Part shown: piece by piece, positions 1 through 13,249 of the stretch
How the letters are laid out: each line of letters starts with the position of its first letter
Numbering within the stretch: position 1 is the first letter of the stretch
Assembly: GCA_030390025.1 (NCBI GenBank)
Contig: CM059432.1
Coordinates: 98,210,001-98,274,000, forward strand
Length of the DNA stretch: 64,000 nt
Origin: Squalus acanthias
Taxonomy: Eukaryota
Reading direction: 5' to 3'
Translations under genes and position numbers: made by a program
The notes under the pieces: generated by a model
What the model was told of the DNA's origin: nothing
Database searches by the model: none
The model's input: the letters and a program-made list of their open reading frames with translations, nothing else

Positions 1-836
1 CTTTCCTGGTACCGCAGCTCAGCAGGGGTGTTTGGCGCACGGAGCGGTGTCATCAGCCAGGTGCTCAATGCGTACCCCTTGTCCCCCAGAAGCCAACCAA
101 CTGGCTGATGCGGTGCCTCGAAAATTTCTGCCACAGTAGTCTGGCGCAGGATGAAAGCATCGTGGCAGCTGCCCGGATAGTGGGCATTGACAGCGAGAAT
201 CACCTGTCTGTGGTCACAGACCAACTGCACATTCAAGGAATGGAACCCCTTTCTGTTCCTGAATTCCTCTGCATTCTCTCGCGGAGCACGCAAAGCCACA
301 TGCGTGCAGTCAATGGCGACCTGCACCATGGGGAAGCCCGCTACCCTCGCAAAGCCCATAGCACAGTCATGCTGCTTGTCTGGGGTCATAGGGAAAGAGA
401 TGAAGTCTCGTCTCCTTCTGAAGAGGGCATTGGTGACCTGCCGGATGCAGCGATGCACCGCAAACTGGGAGATATTGGCGAGGTCCCCAACAGCAGCTTG
501 GAATGAGCCAGTGGCGTAGAAGTTCAAAGCCACTGTGACCTTCACTGCCACCGACAGAGACGTCCTGGACCTCAGCTGAGGCTGCAGATCTGGCTGCAGC
601 AGGTGGCAGAGCTCAGTGACCACCTCCTTGCTGAATCGCAGCCTTCGCAAACACAGCTCCTCGGACATATGGATGTAGGAGAGCTGTTCACGATATACCC
701 TGGGAGGGTAAGCTCTCCTGTACATGCGCCTGATGGCCCTCCTCCGTCTGGCCATCATTGCCACTCTCTGTCTGCGTCTCACTATCCTCCGATTGAGCTG
801 GAGCAGGACGACGCCCCCAATCATTGCAGCCCCCAT
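1..836 (-). CDS. Harbinger (HARBI1-like) DDE transposase, N-terminal ~278 codons, open to the window edge
   Basis: Manual translation from ATG 836: MGAAMIGGVVLL...LNFYATGSFQ...GFPMVQVAIDCTHV...NRKGFHSLNVQLVCD...YPGSCHDAFIL...LLGDKGY; no stop seen. Confidence 0.9.
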   Translation of the reverse strand, partial: MGAAMIGGVVLLQLNRRIVRRRQRVAMMARRRRAIRRMYRRAYPPRVYREQLSYIHMSEELCLRRLRFSKEVVTELCHLLQPDLQPQLRSRTSLSVAVKVTVALNFYATGSFQAAVGDLANISQFAVHRCIRQVTNALFRRRRDFISFPMTPDKQHDCAMGFARVAGFPMVQVAIDCTHVALRAPRENAEEFRNRKGFHSLNVQLVCDHRQVILAVNAHYPGSCHDAFILRQTTVAEIFEAPHQPVGWLLGDKGYALSTWLMTPLRAPNTPAELRYQE

Positions 837-1348
837 ATTCTCTTTGCCAGAAAAGTAATGAGGTACAGCAACTAAAGTAGCAGCAAAGTTAGGATGAACT
901 AGGCCAAACTACCTCACAAAGCGTTGAGTCAATGTAGAAGTCTCTCTCTCTCTCTCTCCGAATCTCTCTCTCTCTCTCAGAACGAGTGGTGCATAAATGT
1001 CGACCACAGAAAAAGACAGGAAGAGGCCCCCTTTAAATAGCGCCCCCCCCAGCCCCACACCGATTGATAACGTTCCAGTCTTCCGGTCGTTGGAAGCGCC
1101 AGGCGGTAAGGCAGGGGGCGCCACTCAATTTCCGCTCCGGGGCGCCCCAAGGGCGTTGCACCATGGAATGACGTCACAATCTGCGCGCGCAGGTGGTCGC
1201 AGCGGTAAGTTTTAGCGCCGCCGCACAATCTCAAGTTAAGTTCTCGAGCGGCGCAAACAGCGCTGTGCCCGGGCGTTAGCGGCTTAACGCCCCATTAGCG
1301 CCCTCTTAAGGCGCTAACGGGAGGCGCAACCAACTGAATTTTTCCCCC
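1..1348 (-). mobile_element. PIF/Harbinger DNA transposon, family A, copy 1 (transposase-side end; runs off the window)
   Basis: Ends in TIR ...CAACTGAATTTTTCCCCC at 1348, followed by TTA; near-identical (reverse complement) to 36788-37970; CpG-rich subterminal region. Confidence 0.92.
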
Positions 1349-2364
1349 TTAGGATCTCTGATACGAAATGTAAGCTATTTGTATTTTGAACGGTTAAAGT
1401 TGTGATTGCCATAACAGATGTTAACTAAATGTCGGTTCTTTAATAAGTCTATATATTTTTAGAATTGTCTCACAGAGTATTTCTGTGTAAACTCGCAAAC
1501 TCAATTTCTGTACACTCTTCAGTGAGGAGTTGCAGAATTCTGGGGGGTATTCCGGACCCTCATAATATCCGGAAGGTTACAATCTAGTTAAACTTATTAA
1601 AAGTACTATCCGGAGGACAGTAACATTTTCAGACCGTTTTTTTCCTCTAGGGAGAGGTAGTCTGTCCTTTAGACCCAATTAAGCGTCTTATGGGATCCGG
1701 CTATCTCTAACTTTAGTTGAAGGTGAACGTCTGGAGAATATGCCTGATCTGGGGTCGTCCGAAAGGGCTAGGACTTGTAATTATCCCTTCAACATGAACC
1801 TCAATATACCAGTTTTCAGTTCACTTCCTGTGGTCCTAGTTGCAAACTGGCTGTACATTGAGAGAATGGAATCCTTTCCTGTTGATATCAGTGATGGCAT
1901 TGATCAAGGGAACACATATGGTGACATTGGCCTTTCTATAACTTCTTGGACTTTCAGGAATTCTGCAATTCTATAAAATTACAGCGCCCCTTCATGCTAC
2001 TGTCAGTTGTCTAAGGGGAAGTAAATTAAATTGTTTGCTGTAGCATCATTAATGCATCTGTGCACAGCTGATTGGCTAATGTTAGTGATGTCGCCATTGG
2101 CAGCTTGGAATGACTATGTAGTATAAAAGTTTGGGGCAGTTGTGATGTTTACAGTTACAGATAGCGCGGTGCCTGTGGTGGAGATGGGCTGTACATCAGG
2201 TTGCAGCATGCGACATTATTCAATGACAGCTTCGTTTATCAAGGAACTGGAGGTGGAAAGTACCTGTGAGCACCCCTTTTATCCTGTCAAAGATATGAAG
2301 TGGCACCAATGAGACAGAAATGACAACAAATGTGATCTATGATAATATCATGTCATTCCTGGTT

Positions 2365-2540
2365 CTTTTTTTGCATTCATGGGATGTGGGCATCGCTGGC
2401 AAGGCCAGCATTTATTACCCATCCTTAATTGCCTTTGAGAAGGTGGTGGTGAGCCGCCTTCTTGAACCAATGCAGTCCGTGTGGTGAAGGTACTCCCATA
2501 GTGCTGTTTGGTAGAGAGTTCCAGGACTTTGTTCCAGCAT
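2365..2540 (-). mobile_element. 3' tail fragment of the APE-RT LINE family seen at 15408-18590
   Basis: Reverse complement of the 3' end at ~18415-18590 (GGCAATTAGGGATGGGCAATAAATGCTGGCCTTGCCAGCGA...). Confidence 0.85.
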
Positions 2541-3961
2541 GTGACCTCCCAAAAATGGAAGAGCATTTATCCTGGCCATCGGGAATGATGATGGAAAGTA
2601 GGGCAGGCACTAAAATGGGTGATGTTCGAATGGAATAAAACTTTTTCTGGCCAACTGATTATCATTAGTACATTGGATGGCCTGGAGTAGAAACTCCAGG
2701 TTAGTGTTTACTTCCTATTTTGCTTCTAGCAAAGAGCTAGTAGTCTCCATTATAATCTTAGCTATTTTAAAGTAATTAGATAAAGACAGAAATTCCTGTT
2801 TTTGTCACATCCTGCAGGAAATGCATGTGTGTGGACATCGGGTGAGGACAAGAATTGTAGGTTTTTTTTTCCTCTTTCAGAATACCCAGATGTTACTCTT
2901 ACAATTCTTTTTGTTTATTTTAATATCAATGAAGAAAATACCACGGACAATTTTCCCCTGGGTAGGCTTGTTCTATAAGATTTTGTTGGCTTTACCAGCT
3001 GAAAGCTGGTCAATCAGGGCTTGACTCCAATATTGCTGATCCTGTGTCTCTCAAGTGGGTTAACTGCCACTCAACTAGTCAAGTAACAGCCAAAGACATG
3101 AAACCAGCTCCAGAGAGAAGCAAACTGTAAGAAATTATGCAGAGCAGCAAATTTGTAAATCCCGACTCAATGACACAGCCATTTTGGGAGTTTGAATTTC
3201 AGATTTAAAGAAATACAGGCATCAGAGCCAAAGTATTTGATGTTATGTGCCCAATAAACAAAAAAAACCTAAAATTCAAGTAAAAAAAAAATGTGTGCAT
3301 TGTCTGCTTGTGTAGATTGCATTGAAATTATAGTTACATCATTTAAACGTCCAAAGCTTGAGATTTTCAATTTCCTATGAAAGAGAATGTGCAGCACATT
3401 AGGGCTTTTCAACAGCTTACTGCTCATGTCTTTTACAATTTGGCTCAGCTGATTAAAGTGCCGATTAGCACAGTGCCATGAACTGCTGAAAAGCCACTAT
3501 GATAGTTGATGAAGTGGGTGCTTCGTCTTCGGTGGAGCCTACAGTTCATGGAAACCCTCTTTCACCAAGGGCAACAATGTTGGAACTGCAGCTAAATCCA
3601 CATTGAACAGATAATCTACCTCACAGTTTGGCTGCTGCATCATTGTATTAATTCCAGCTGAGCAGGTAAGATAATTGCCACCTGGCAGTCTTCATTTACC
3701 CAAGTGAGAAACCTGATACATCGTCCACTAAAAGTTCTTAAGCAGAGTCTTAACAAGCGATGGGAAGAAAAGAATATAGGTTACCGTTTCGCTCTCCTTT
3801 TATTTTGAACAGTTAATAATGATTAGCACAACAACAGTAACAAAAAACTGGTATTTTCAGCTAACCTCCCAGTTTTCTGCCAACTTTAATGCCCACTAGC
3901 AGAAAATGCCCCCTAGGATTGTTATGATCCATATTGCGGTCAGGCAATCTGCTGACACTCA

Positions 3962-4672
3962 GGGGGAGAAATTCAGTTGGTTAGCGCCTCCAGGGGGTGA
4001 TAACGGGGCGCTAACGACTTACCGCCCGGGCGCGGCGATGTTACCGCCGCCCGCAAAATTCACCTAGTGGTTTGCGGCGCCCAGAGATCGTGACGTCATC
4101 CGGCTGCGCAGCGCCCCATTAGTGCCCCAGACCAAAACTTCAGTTCCGCCCCCTGCAGCATCGCTGGGCGATAACACTGACAGCTGCAGGAGGCGTTGTT
4201 AGGGAGGCTGGGCTCTTTGGGAGCGCTAATTAAAGTTAAGGTTTGCTGGTCTTCAGTGGAAATGTGTTTCCACTGGGGTGCATTTGGAAACATTTTAAAT
4301 GGCCCGATTGATCAGCGCTGCACTCTGTTAGAGTGCTTGGGGCTGATCGGCGAGGATCCCGGCTGCTGTCGGCGATGAGGGAGATCATTCAAATGCAGAG
4401 CCTGCAGCAATGGCCCTCCCCTTTAAGGGAGTGAAGGAGCCCTCAGATCCTGGCAATGCTGCAGTGGTCATTGTGCAGCGCTGCACCTCTACCGTACCCC
4501 CTGCTTGGTTTAGTGCTCCAGAAGGGAAGTGGTAGCGCTTGATACAGCGCTTTACGTCCTGGAGCGCTAACACTGAATTTACCGAAAGCTGAGAATGATT
4601 AGTGCCTGGCGCTAATTTTTCCAGCTTTCAAAATTTAGCGCCCCAAATGGGGTGATACCGAATTTCTCCCCC
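3962..4672. mobile_element. Non-autonomous Harbinger element (MITE) related to family A
   Basis: TIRs GGGGGAGAAATTCAG / CCGAATTTCTCCCCC; TAGCGCC-type subterminal motifs; TGACGTCA at 4091; no coding capacity. Confidence 0.85.
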
Positions 4673-5614
4673 ACAGTGTCTGGGCTCTCACGTGAATAAT
4701 GGTCAGTTAGATGAGGTATCACAGGGCACCCGTTGTTATGGAACTATACCCCAGCAAGAGCCCAATGCCTTCAGGAGAGGAGGAGAGGTCAGGTTTATGA
4801 GAAAATAAATAAACATTAAATAAGAATAAAACTTTGATTTTGAGATGCAAAGGTGGACCTCATTACATAGCAGATTTTAATGACATACTGGCATGAAAGG
4901 AACCACCTAATCCTGAAGTGTGGAAGGCTGTGTGAGATTTGCATTGTGTGTGATACTATTTATAAGGATTGGGATGACTAGATAATGAGAAATAAACATT
5001 CATTGGTAGTCCTGGGTATAACAAGAGAAACATAGAGAGGCAAGGTGCTGTGCTACCAAGTGGTGGTTCTGGAAAGCTACCACGAATGAATAACATTTAA
5101 AGGCATGCACACAGCCAAAATGTCAAAGCACAGGATTTCACAACAACATAACTAATATAATGTTTTTCTCAGTGTAGTACACTTTCCTATACTACATTGC
5201 CTATGTTCATAATATTCTATAAAGCAATAGTTAACTCTCATTATATGACATGATGGTTCCTCTGTCCATATTGCTTTATCAAACTTTGCTTTGTCAAAGT
5301 TCTTTTTGCATTCTATGCAGATGGATTATCAGGAGTACTAAGGCCATCACAGACAGATGGCAGAAGCACTGCTAGTCATTAATACAGCAGAGATAAGATG
5401 AAGTGGTGGCAATTCTGCTGCCATTGATTTTATTACGCCTCCATTTCTTTTAACCACAGTAGTTACATTTGTTCAAAAACTTCTGCTGCTAGCAAAATCA
5501 GCCAAAATGGCTGTTATGTTATCACATCAACAAATTACATGAAATCAACAGAATAGACTAGCAGTCTTACATTTAAACTTTGGTCAGCATTAACTTTCAT
5601 CATGCTGAGAATCT

Positions 5615-5846
5615 GGGGTAAATGTTGTGAGGCTGTGCTCTCAGCGTGGATTAGAGAACAAGACTTGGAGTTCAGTGCACTCAATTCATAGCGCTTCAGG
5701 TTTTCTGGTGATTCATTTCGATTTTATTCACTGGAAAATCGGGAGGGCCACGAATCGGATGGCCTGAACTCTGTGCCTAGTTCTCCAATCTGTACTCCCA
5801 TCAGGTAAGGTTCTGTGCTGGGAGCAGAGTCTCACAAAATGTATTC
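5615..5846. mobile_element. Short fold-back (palindromic) MITE-like element
   Basis: Left arm GGTAAATGTTGTGAGGCTGTGCTCTCAGC is imperfectly complementary to the right arm GCTGGGAGCAGAGTCTCACAAAATGTATTC; complementarity continues inward. Confidence 0.65.
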
Positions 5847-6086
5847 TTTTATTTCCTGTGATGCAATATACTTCAGTTTCTGTCAGACTAAAATTTCAAT
5901 TTGCCATGTCAGATATTCATGTAACCAATTCGATTATTATGTTTTATAATAATATTTGCATTTTATTATGCCTTATCCTGGTCTCAAAATGTCCCACAAT
6001 AAATTCCTTTTGGAGTGCAGTGATTATTGTTTTGTCAGCAAAGGTGGCAATTATTATACATCAGCAACAGCCCACAATAGCATTTA

Positions 6087-6367
6087 GATGAATGAACAGT
6101 TTTCCTATTTTTGTGATATTGGTTAAGGAAGGAAAGTTGGCCAAGGTACTGGGAGAACACTTTACTCATCTCAAATACTGCCATGGGATGTTTAACAAAG
6201 ACCTGAACAACAGTGACTTGGTTTAATGTCTCATTTGAAGGATGGCATCTCCAACAACACAATACTCCCCAAGTATCACAGTGAAGTGTCAGTCTAGACT
6301 GTGTGCTCTTGTCCTGATACATCTCTGACCCAGAGGTAAGGATGCTATCGACTGAGCCAAGCTGACA
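6087..6367 (-). mobile_element. Degenerate tRNA-derived Deu-domain SINE
   Basis: Similar to 45476-45932 (GCCATGGGAT, TCTCATTTGAAGGATGGCATCTCCAACA; tRNA-like head at ~6320-6367). Confidence 0.7.
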
Positions 6368-6393
6368 GAGTTTGGTATTATATCAGACATTTT

Positions 6394-7247
6394 CGCCGGA
6401 ATTTTGCCGGCGCTCAGGGGGTGGGTTTAGAGGCGGAACATCCGGCAAAATCGCAAAGATTGACTGCAGGCAGGAAACCCACTGTCAACCCGCCTCCAAT
6501 CAATCTTCCCAAGTGTCGGGTCCCCGATTTGCGCATGGACCTGACACCTAGCGGCGGGAAGAGGATTATAGCCACTTAACTGCCTGTTAAAGGTTGTTAA
6601 CAGGCTCTTTTTCAATTTTGACACTTCTACTTCGGGCTTCCCGACATCCGGACACCACGCCAGGTAAGTATGGCATGCTGTGAGTCTGCTGTAATGTTTC
6701 TGCATTGATGACAGCTGCAGAAGTGGTGTGAAGGGTCTAATGGTGCACTGGTGAGTTTCAGAGGTAAGAAAATGTTGGGAAATTCATTTTTAATGCATTT
6801 AGACTTTTCCGTAGGTAACAAGTTTTGAATTGTTTGTCTAGTCCCACCTCATTGGGAGAACCTCTCTCACCAGTGACAGATCGCTTCTGTAACCTCACCT
6901 GCAGCTGCCATCTGTTCTAGCCTAAGGAGGGAGTCACTGGAGAGTCTGGGTGCAAGAGCTCACCTTTGTAAGTAGTTGTCAATGTTTGTAGCACCTCAAT
7001 GCTGTCAAACACTGAAAAATCAGCAGTCAAAAAAAAATTGCACGTGGTCCCTTTAAGAAAGCCGGCTGATGACACGTCATCAAATGATGTCATCTGACTG
7101 GCTTCGTCTTAATTGGCCGGCAAGCCCACAGGGCAGGCCAATTGACGTAAAATCACGTCTGTGGGCCGGATGTAGTTGGGGGTGGGACTGAAACCCGGAA
7201 GCCACCTGATCCGCTCCCAACCTGCATCGATCGAGAAAATTGCGGCC
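6394..7247. mobile_element. Non-autonomous Harbinger-like element, family B (short form)
   Basis: Ends GCCGGAATTTTGCCGGCGCTCAG / GAGAAAATTGCGGCC, flanked by TTT/TTT; ends match 24195-25915 and 33073-34731. Confidence 0.78.
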
Positions 7248-7684
7248 TTTACTTTGGTCAGAATAATGGCCCAGATTTTGCTGTCAAAATAACGGTGAGG
7301 CTAATGCCGTTATTTATGCGCAAATGGTACAGCAAATTATGGCAAGGTGCAAATGTGTGGTTAAATGCAAATATCCAAAAGTTGCTGTCCGAGTTGCACC
7401 GCTCTACCACTAGCTTTGCAAAAATGGCATCTCACCATCTGCCTCATCCTTGAAATGCATTGAATGACATGTATTTGCTGTATTTGCATGGTAGATATGA
7501 ACTAATCTCGCCACAGAAAGTTAAGTTTAATCCATTCCAGTCTAAGTATCCAACATGATTAGAGTTAATTACTGCCAATCAACCTCTCTGACTTTGAAAA
7601 TTAACTCTTACAATGTGTGGCATCTTATGGCTTCAGGTTTTAATTGTTGTTAGAGATTTTAAAAATGTAAAATTTTAAATAAAT

Positions 7685-9900
7685 GGAAAAAACTCTTTCC
7701 CAATTCACTTACAACAGCACTTTCAAAATCCCATCTCTCTAGCCTCTGGCCCTCCATTCACTATGACATTTCTGCAGCTACCAATCTGCTCAACCACAGC
7801 TTCACTACCACCTTTGATGCCCTAGTCCCCATTAAAACCATTATCTCTCTCACCTTGGCCATTCTCCCTGGTACGGCCCTCATCTCCGCTCCCTTAAGTC
7901 CAAGGGATGCAGACTTGAATGGATATGGCAGACAACTGGTTTAGCCATTCACCGCCAGATCTAGCTGGACTTCATAAAGCACTATTGGGTCCTGCTCTCA
8001 TCTGCCAACGCTGCTCACTATTCAAAGATCAATATAGAATGCAAAGATAACCCCCAGCTTCTTTTCTGTACTGCAAACAGTCTTCTTAAGACCCTCTCTC
8101 CTGACTTCTCCACACTCACCTCCAACAACAAGTGCGAGGAGCTCATGGACTTCTTTGTCTCTAAGTTTCAGGCCGTCCTAGCAGCTGCCTCTGCCACTTC
8201 CCTTCCTTCCCCTAGCCCACCGGGCCAAACTTCCTCTAAGGTTCCCCCCTGTCCTAGTCCGGAACTCACACCTTTCTCCTGTTTCTCTCCGATCTCCCCT
8301 CATGTTCTCTCCAAGCTCATCTTGTCCATGAGATACACTTCCTGCTCCCTCGACCCTATTCCCACTAAACTGCTGACCACCCAACTTCCTTTTCTGGCTC
8401 CCATGTCAGCTGATATTGTTAACGGTTCTCTCTCCTCAGGTACTGTCCCCCTCTCCCTCAAATCTGCCGCCATCACCTCTCTCCTCAAGAAAAAAACAAC
8501 CCTTGACCCCTCCATCCTTGTAAACATACCGCCCCATCTCCAACCTCCTTTTCCTCTCCAAAAACCTTGAACGTGTTGTCACCTCCTAAGTCCGTGCCCA
8601 TCTTTCCCGGAACTCCATGTTTGAATCCCTCCAATCAGGTTTCCACCCCTGCCACTGTACCGAAACGGCTCTCATTAAAGTCACGAATGACATCCAATGT
8701 GACTGTGACGAAGATAAACTATCCCCCCTCGTCCTTCTCGACCTATCTGCTGTCTTTGGCACGGTTGACCACTCCATCCTCCTCCAACACCTCTCCACCG
8801 TCGTCCAGCTGGGGGCGACTGCACTCGCCTGGTTTCATTCTTATTTATCTAATCGTAGCCAGAGAATCACCTACAATGTCTTCTCTTCCTGCTCCCGCAT
8901 CGTTACCTCTCATGTCCTCCAAGGATCTATCCTTGGCCCCCTCCTATTTCTCATCTACATGCTGTCCCTCGGCGACATCATCCGAAAACACAGTGTCAGC
9001 TTTCTCATGTACGCAGATGAAACCCAGCTCTACCGCCCCACCACTTCTCTCAACCCCTCCACTGTTTCTAAATTGTCAGACTGCTTGTCCGACATCCAGT
9101 ACTGGATGAGCAGAAATTTCCTCCAACTAAATATTGAGAAGACCAAAGCCATTGTCTTCACTCCCCGCCACAAACTCCGTTCCCTCGCCACTGACTCCAT
9201 CCCTCTCCCTAGCATCTGCCTGAGGCTGAACTAGACTGTTCGTGACTTTGGTGTCATATTTGACACTGAAATGAGCTTCCGACCACATATCCACGCCATA
9301 ACTAAAACCGCCTATTTCCACCTCCATAACATCACCTGACTCCACCCCGCCTCAACTCATCCGCTGCTAAAACCCTCATCCATGCCTTTGTTACCTCTAG
9401 ACTTGCCCCTGTTCTAACTCGCACCAAGTCCCATTTACCCATCACCCCCTGCTCGCTGACCTACTTTGGCTCCCAGTTAAGCAATGCCTCAATTTTAAAA
9501 TGCTCTTCCTTGTTTTCAAATTTCTTCATGGCCTCGTCCTTTCCTATCTCTGTACTCTCTCCTGCCCCACAACCCTCGGAGGTATCTGCGCTCCTCTAAT
9601 TCTGGCCTCATGAGCAACTCTGATCTTAATCACTCAACAATTGGTGGCCGTGCCTTCAGCTGCCAAGGCCCTAAGCTCTGGAATTCCCTCCCTAAACCTC
9701 TCCACCTCTCAACCTCTCTTTCCTTCTTTAAGACGCTCCTTAAAACGTACCTCTTTGACCAAGCTTTTGGTCATCTGACCTAATTTCTCCTTATGTGACT
9801 AGATGTCAAATTTTTGTCTTACAATACTCCTGTGAAGCGCCTTGCGATGTTTTACTACATTAAAGGTGCTATATAAATACAAGTTGCTGTTGTTGTTGTT
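7685..9900 (+). mobile_element. L2-clade LINE, 5'-truncated, frameshifted RT
   Basis: ORFs 8145-8570 and 8617-9234 (QSGFHPCHCTETAL, LLDLSAVFGTVDH, QGSILGPLLF, YADETQ); (TTG)n-type tail at ~9885-9900. Confidence 0.92.
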
Positions 9901-10203
9901 TACCTTTTATTTCCTGTCTCTTTTTTCTCTCTCTTAATCCAATCTTTCTTTCGCTCTCTTTACTTCTCTTGTTGTACCTGATTTGATGTTGAATTCACCC
10001 ACTCTAATTCACCCTTCATCTCAGTCCTTGCGCTGTTCGTTTCATAATCCTTCAATCTGATTGGTTAAGGAGATACACAGTTGCTTGTCCTGTTCACTCA
10101 GGTCCCAGATGTCCGGTTTCACTCGCTGTGACATTATCAGCTTGCACTTTCAGCAACTTGCCACACAAAAAAATGTAAAACCTATACGTGGAGGGTAAGT
10201 CTA

Positions 10204-10608
10204 ACATAAGAACATAAGAACATAAGAAATAGGAGCAGGAGTAGGCCAATCGGCCCCTCGAGCCTGCTCCGCCATTCAATAAGATCATGGCTGATCTGAT
10301 CCTAACCGCCAATCTACTATCTATCATAGAACCATCTCCTGCATCTAACAGAATTGCACACACGAAATAGGAGCAGAATCTGGCTACACGGTCCCTGGGC
10401 CCGCTCCACTACCCACAGGGCCATGACCGATCCGAACCTAGACTCATGTCCAAATTCCTGCCCGCTCCCCGTAACCCTTAATGCCCTTTACTTCTAGGAA
10501 ACTGTCTATTTCTGTTTTAAATTTATTTAATGATGTAGCTTCTACAGCTTTTTGTGGCAGCATATTCCATGGACCTACCACCCTCTGAGTGAAGTAGTTC
10601 CTCCTCAT
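10204..10608 (-). mobile_element. CR1 LINE 3'-end fragments (two overlapping tails)
   Basis: (AACATAAG)n tail and AGGAGCAGGAGTAGGCC...CTCGAGCCTGCTCCGCCATT, as at 13500-13580. Confidence 0.82.
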
Positions 10609-11479
10609 GGAGGCCTACTACAGCAAATTAGATGGCCTACTACAGCAAATTATGGCCCAATCTTATTGGAACTAATTTTCAGGTCAATCATGGGTGTATC
10701 GGTCTATTAACGCAATGGGTAAGTGCATCATCCTTTTACCTCTGCAACTTGGGGGTTATTTTAACCTGACACGCCTGGCAGAAACCTAACAGGATCAGAT
10801 CACCTGTCCGACTTTACTTTCTATTAACTTGTACACAACTGAACTAAAGAGCTATTTAAGTAGAATGAATGGCGGCCCATGAAGTGACACATTCTGATTT
10901 CACATTTTTGAGAGAGGTTATCCCAATAAGCTGCAGGGGGCAATAGAGTGCTTTGTTACAGCAAAAAAACTATTCAACTGGCATTTTAAAGTTGACATCC
11001 TCTGCTTGAAAATTGATTTTAAAATTACAAATGGAAGACATAAGGCTGCTAGTTTTCTTTTCTGAAGGATTTCCAAGCTATTTGAAGGGAAAAATATACT
11101 AATCAGTGCCTGTGCCAGTGTTTTAGTTCTGGATTTCTCTGTTGTTACAAATAGAGACCCATTCTACCAGATAAAATAAACTCCAAGGACCTCTTTTCTT
11201 TAGATTCTAATAAGTTCTTTATATTATCAATTTAGATGGTTCTTATGATATTGTAACAGGTAAGTCAAATACAATTGCAATTGCATATCAGCTCAAAATA
11301 AATATCCTAAATCTAGCTATACACATATAAATTTAAACAATTGTAGTGGCAATTTTATTAGGTGCAAAGTAATACAATATGTTTGTGCATTGTTTTATGG
11401 TTGCTGTTCCATCTGTGCTTATAACACATAGATAGTTCACATTCAATACCAGACAAATTCAATTGTAATAGTTTATATT

Positions 11480-12660
11480 TGGTCCAAACATGGACAAAGG
11501 AGCTGAATTCCAGAGGTGAGGTGAGAGTGATTGCCCTTGACATCAAGGCAGCATTTGACCGAGTGTGGCATCAAGGAGCCCTAGTAAAATTGAAATCAAT
11601 GGGAATTGGGGGGAAAATGCTCCACTGGCTGGAGTCATACCTAGCACAAAGGAAGATGGTTGTGGTGGTTGAAGGTCAATCATCACAGCCCCAGGACATC
11701 GCGGCAGGAGTTCCTCAGGGCAGTGTCCTAGGCCCAACCATCTTCAGTTGCTTCATCAATGACCTTCCCTCCAACATAAGGTCAGAAATGGGGATGTTCG
11801 CTGATGACTGCACAGTGTTCAGCGCCATTCACAACTCCTCAGATAATGAAGCAGTCCATGCCCACATGCAACAAGATCTGGATGATGTACAGGCTTGGGC
11901 TGATAAGTGGCAGGTAACATTCGGGTCACAGAAGTGCCAGGCAATGACTATCTCCAACAAGTGAGAGTCTAACCACCACCCCTTGACATTCAATGGTATT
12001 ACCATCACCAAATCCCCCACCATCAACATCCTGGGGGGTCACCATTGACCAGCCACATAAATACTGTGGCAACAAGAGCAGGTCAGAGGCTAAGCATTCT
12101 GCGGCGAGTGTCTCACCTCCTGACTCCCCAAAGCCTTTTCACCATCTACAAGGCACAAGTACGGAGTGTGATGGAATACTTTCCACTTGCCTGGATGAGT
12201 GCAGCTCCAACAACACTCAAGAAGATCGACACCATCCAGCTCAAAGCATCCCGCTTGATTGGCACCCAATCCACCACCTTAAACATTCACTCCCTCCACC
12301 ACCAGCGTACCGGGGCTGCAGTGTGTACCATCTACAAGATGCACTGCAGCAACTCCCAAACCCGCGATCTCTTCCACCTAGGAGGACAAGGGCAGCAGGT
12401 GCATGGGAACACCACCACCTCCAAGTTCCCCTCCAAGTCACACACCATCCTGACTTAGAAGTATATCGCCGATCCTTCATCGTCGCTGGGTCGAAATCCT
12501 GAAACTCCCTACCAAACAGCACTGTGGGAGTACCTTCACCACACGGACTGCAGCGGTTCAAGAAGGCGGCTCACCACCACCTTCTCTAGGGCAATTAGGG
12601 ATGGGCATAAATGCTGCCCTTGCCAGGGACGCCCACATCCCATAAACAAATTTAAAATAA
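11480..12660 (+). mobile_element. APE-RT LINE (CR1/L2 group), 5'-truncated RT half
   Basis: ALDIKAAFDRVWH, GVPQGSVLGP, FADD in ORF 11479-11964; A-rich tail; paralogous to 17370-18590. Confidence 0.92.
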
Positions 12661-13249
12661 AAATCAGCATAATTTCTGGACTGTTAATTGAAAAGTTTTA
12701 CAGGATGAAGATTTTAAAACCAAACAGAAGCATAAAAAGTACTTGGTCGGTATTTTATTCAGTGTTTGTGTGTGGTCTAACAGAATATACAATGAAACAG
12801 GAACAGCTGAATGCCAAGTTTATTCCACTCAGATAGAAAACTTTATTTTAACTCACTTACAACTTCATCCCTAATGAGTCTTTGCAGCAAGTAGAATAGA
12901 TTTAGCATTTCACTGTTACATTGATTATTTATGCAGCTCTTGTGATTTAACAATTCTAATCATTAATGCCGACGTCTTTTTGATGGGAAAGGTATAATCA
13001 ATTAATATTTTCCATAATAATAAAATAATTAAAATGATAGTCATGATATTTTATTATTTTAATCTACTTGACAATGCATCTACGCCTTGTTTTGGCTGAC
13101 ATGTTCAAGTGATGAAACAGTGAGAAATGGAATTGTCATTTCTAGACTGAATTACTTCCCCATTACCCTGAGGCACATCTCAACTCTTAGTCTTCACAGC
13201 CCTGGGTCTGTCATACTGGGAACATGACCTGTATTGTATACATTTGTGA

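Larger units (their letters stand above)
7268..10658. mobile_element. Non-autonomous TIR element (Harbinger-like) carrying nested L2 and CR1 insertions
   Basis: TIRs GGCCCAGATTTTGCTGT / ACAGCAAATTATGGCCC with an AAT/AAT 3-bp duplication. Confidence 0.7.

Noticed and set aside
997..1215. Short ORF MSTTEKDRKRPPLNS..., repeated at 36978 and ~23040
   Set aside because: Lies antisense across the promoter and terminal region; the similarity is explained by element paralogy and the lengths differ between copies
1359..1793. Possible solo LTR (TG...CA)
   Set aside because: No matching target duplication and no second copy in the window; unsupported
3490..3675. Possible host exon ending at CAG|GTAAGA (~3666)
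   Set aside because: No convincing acceptor or recognisable reading frame
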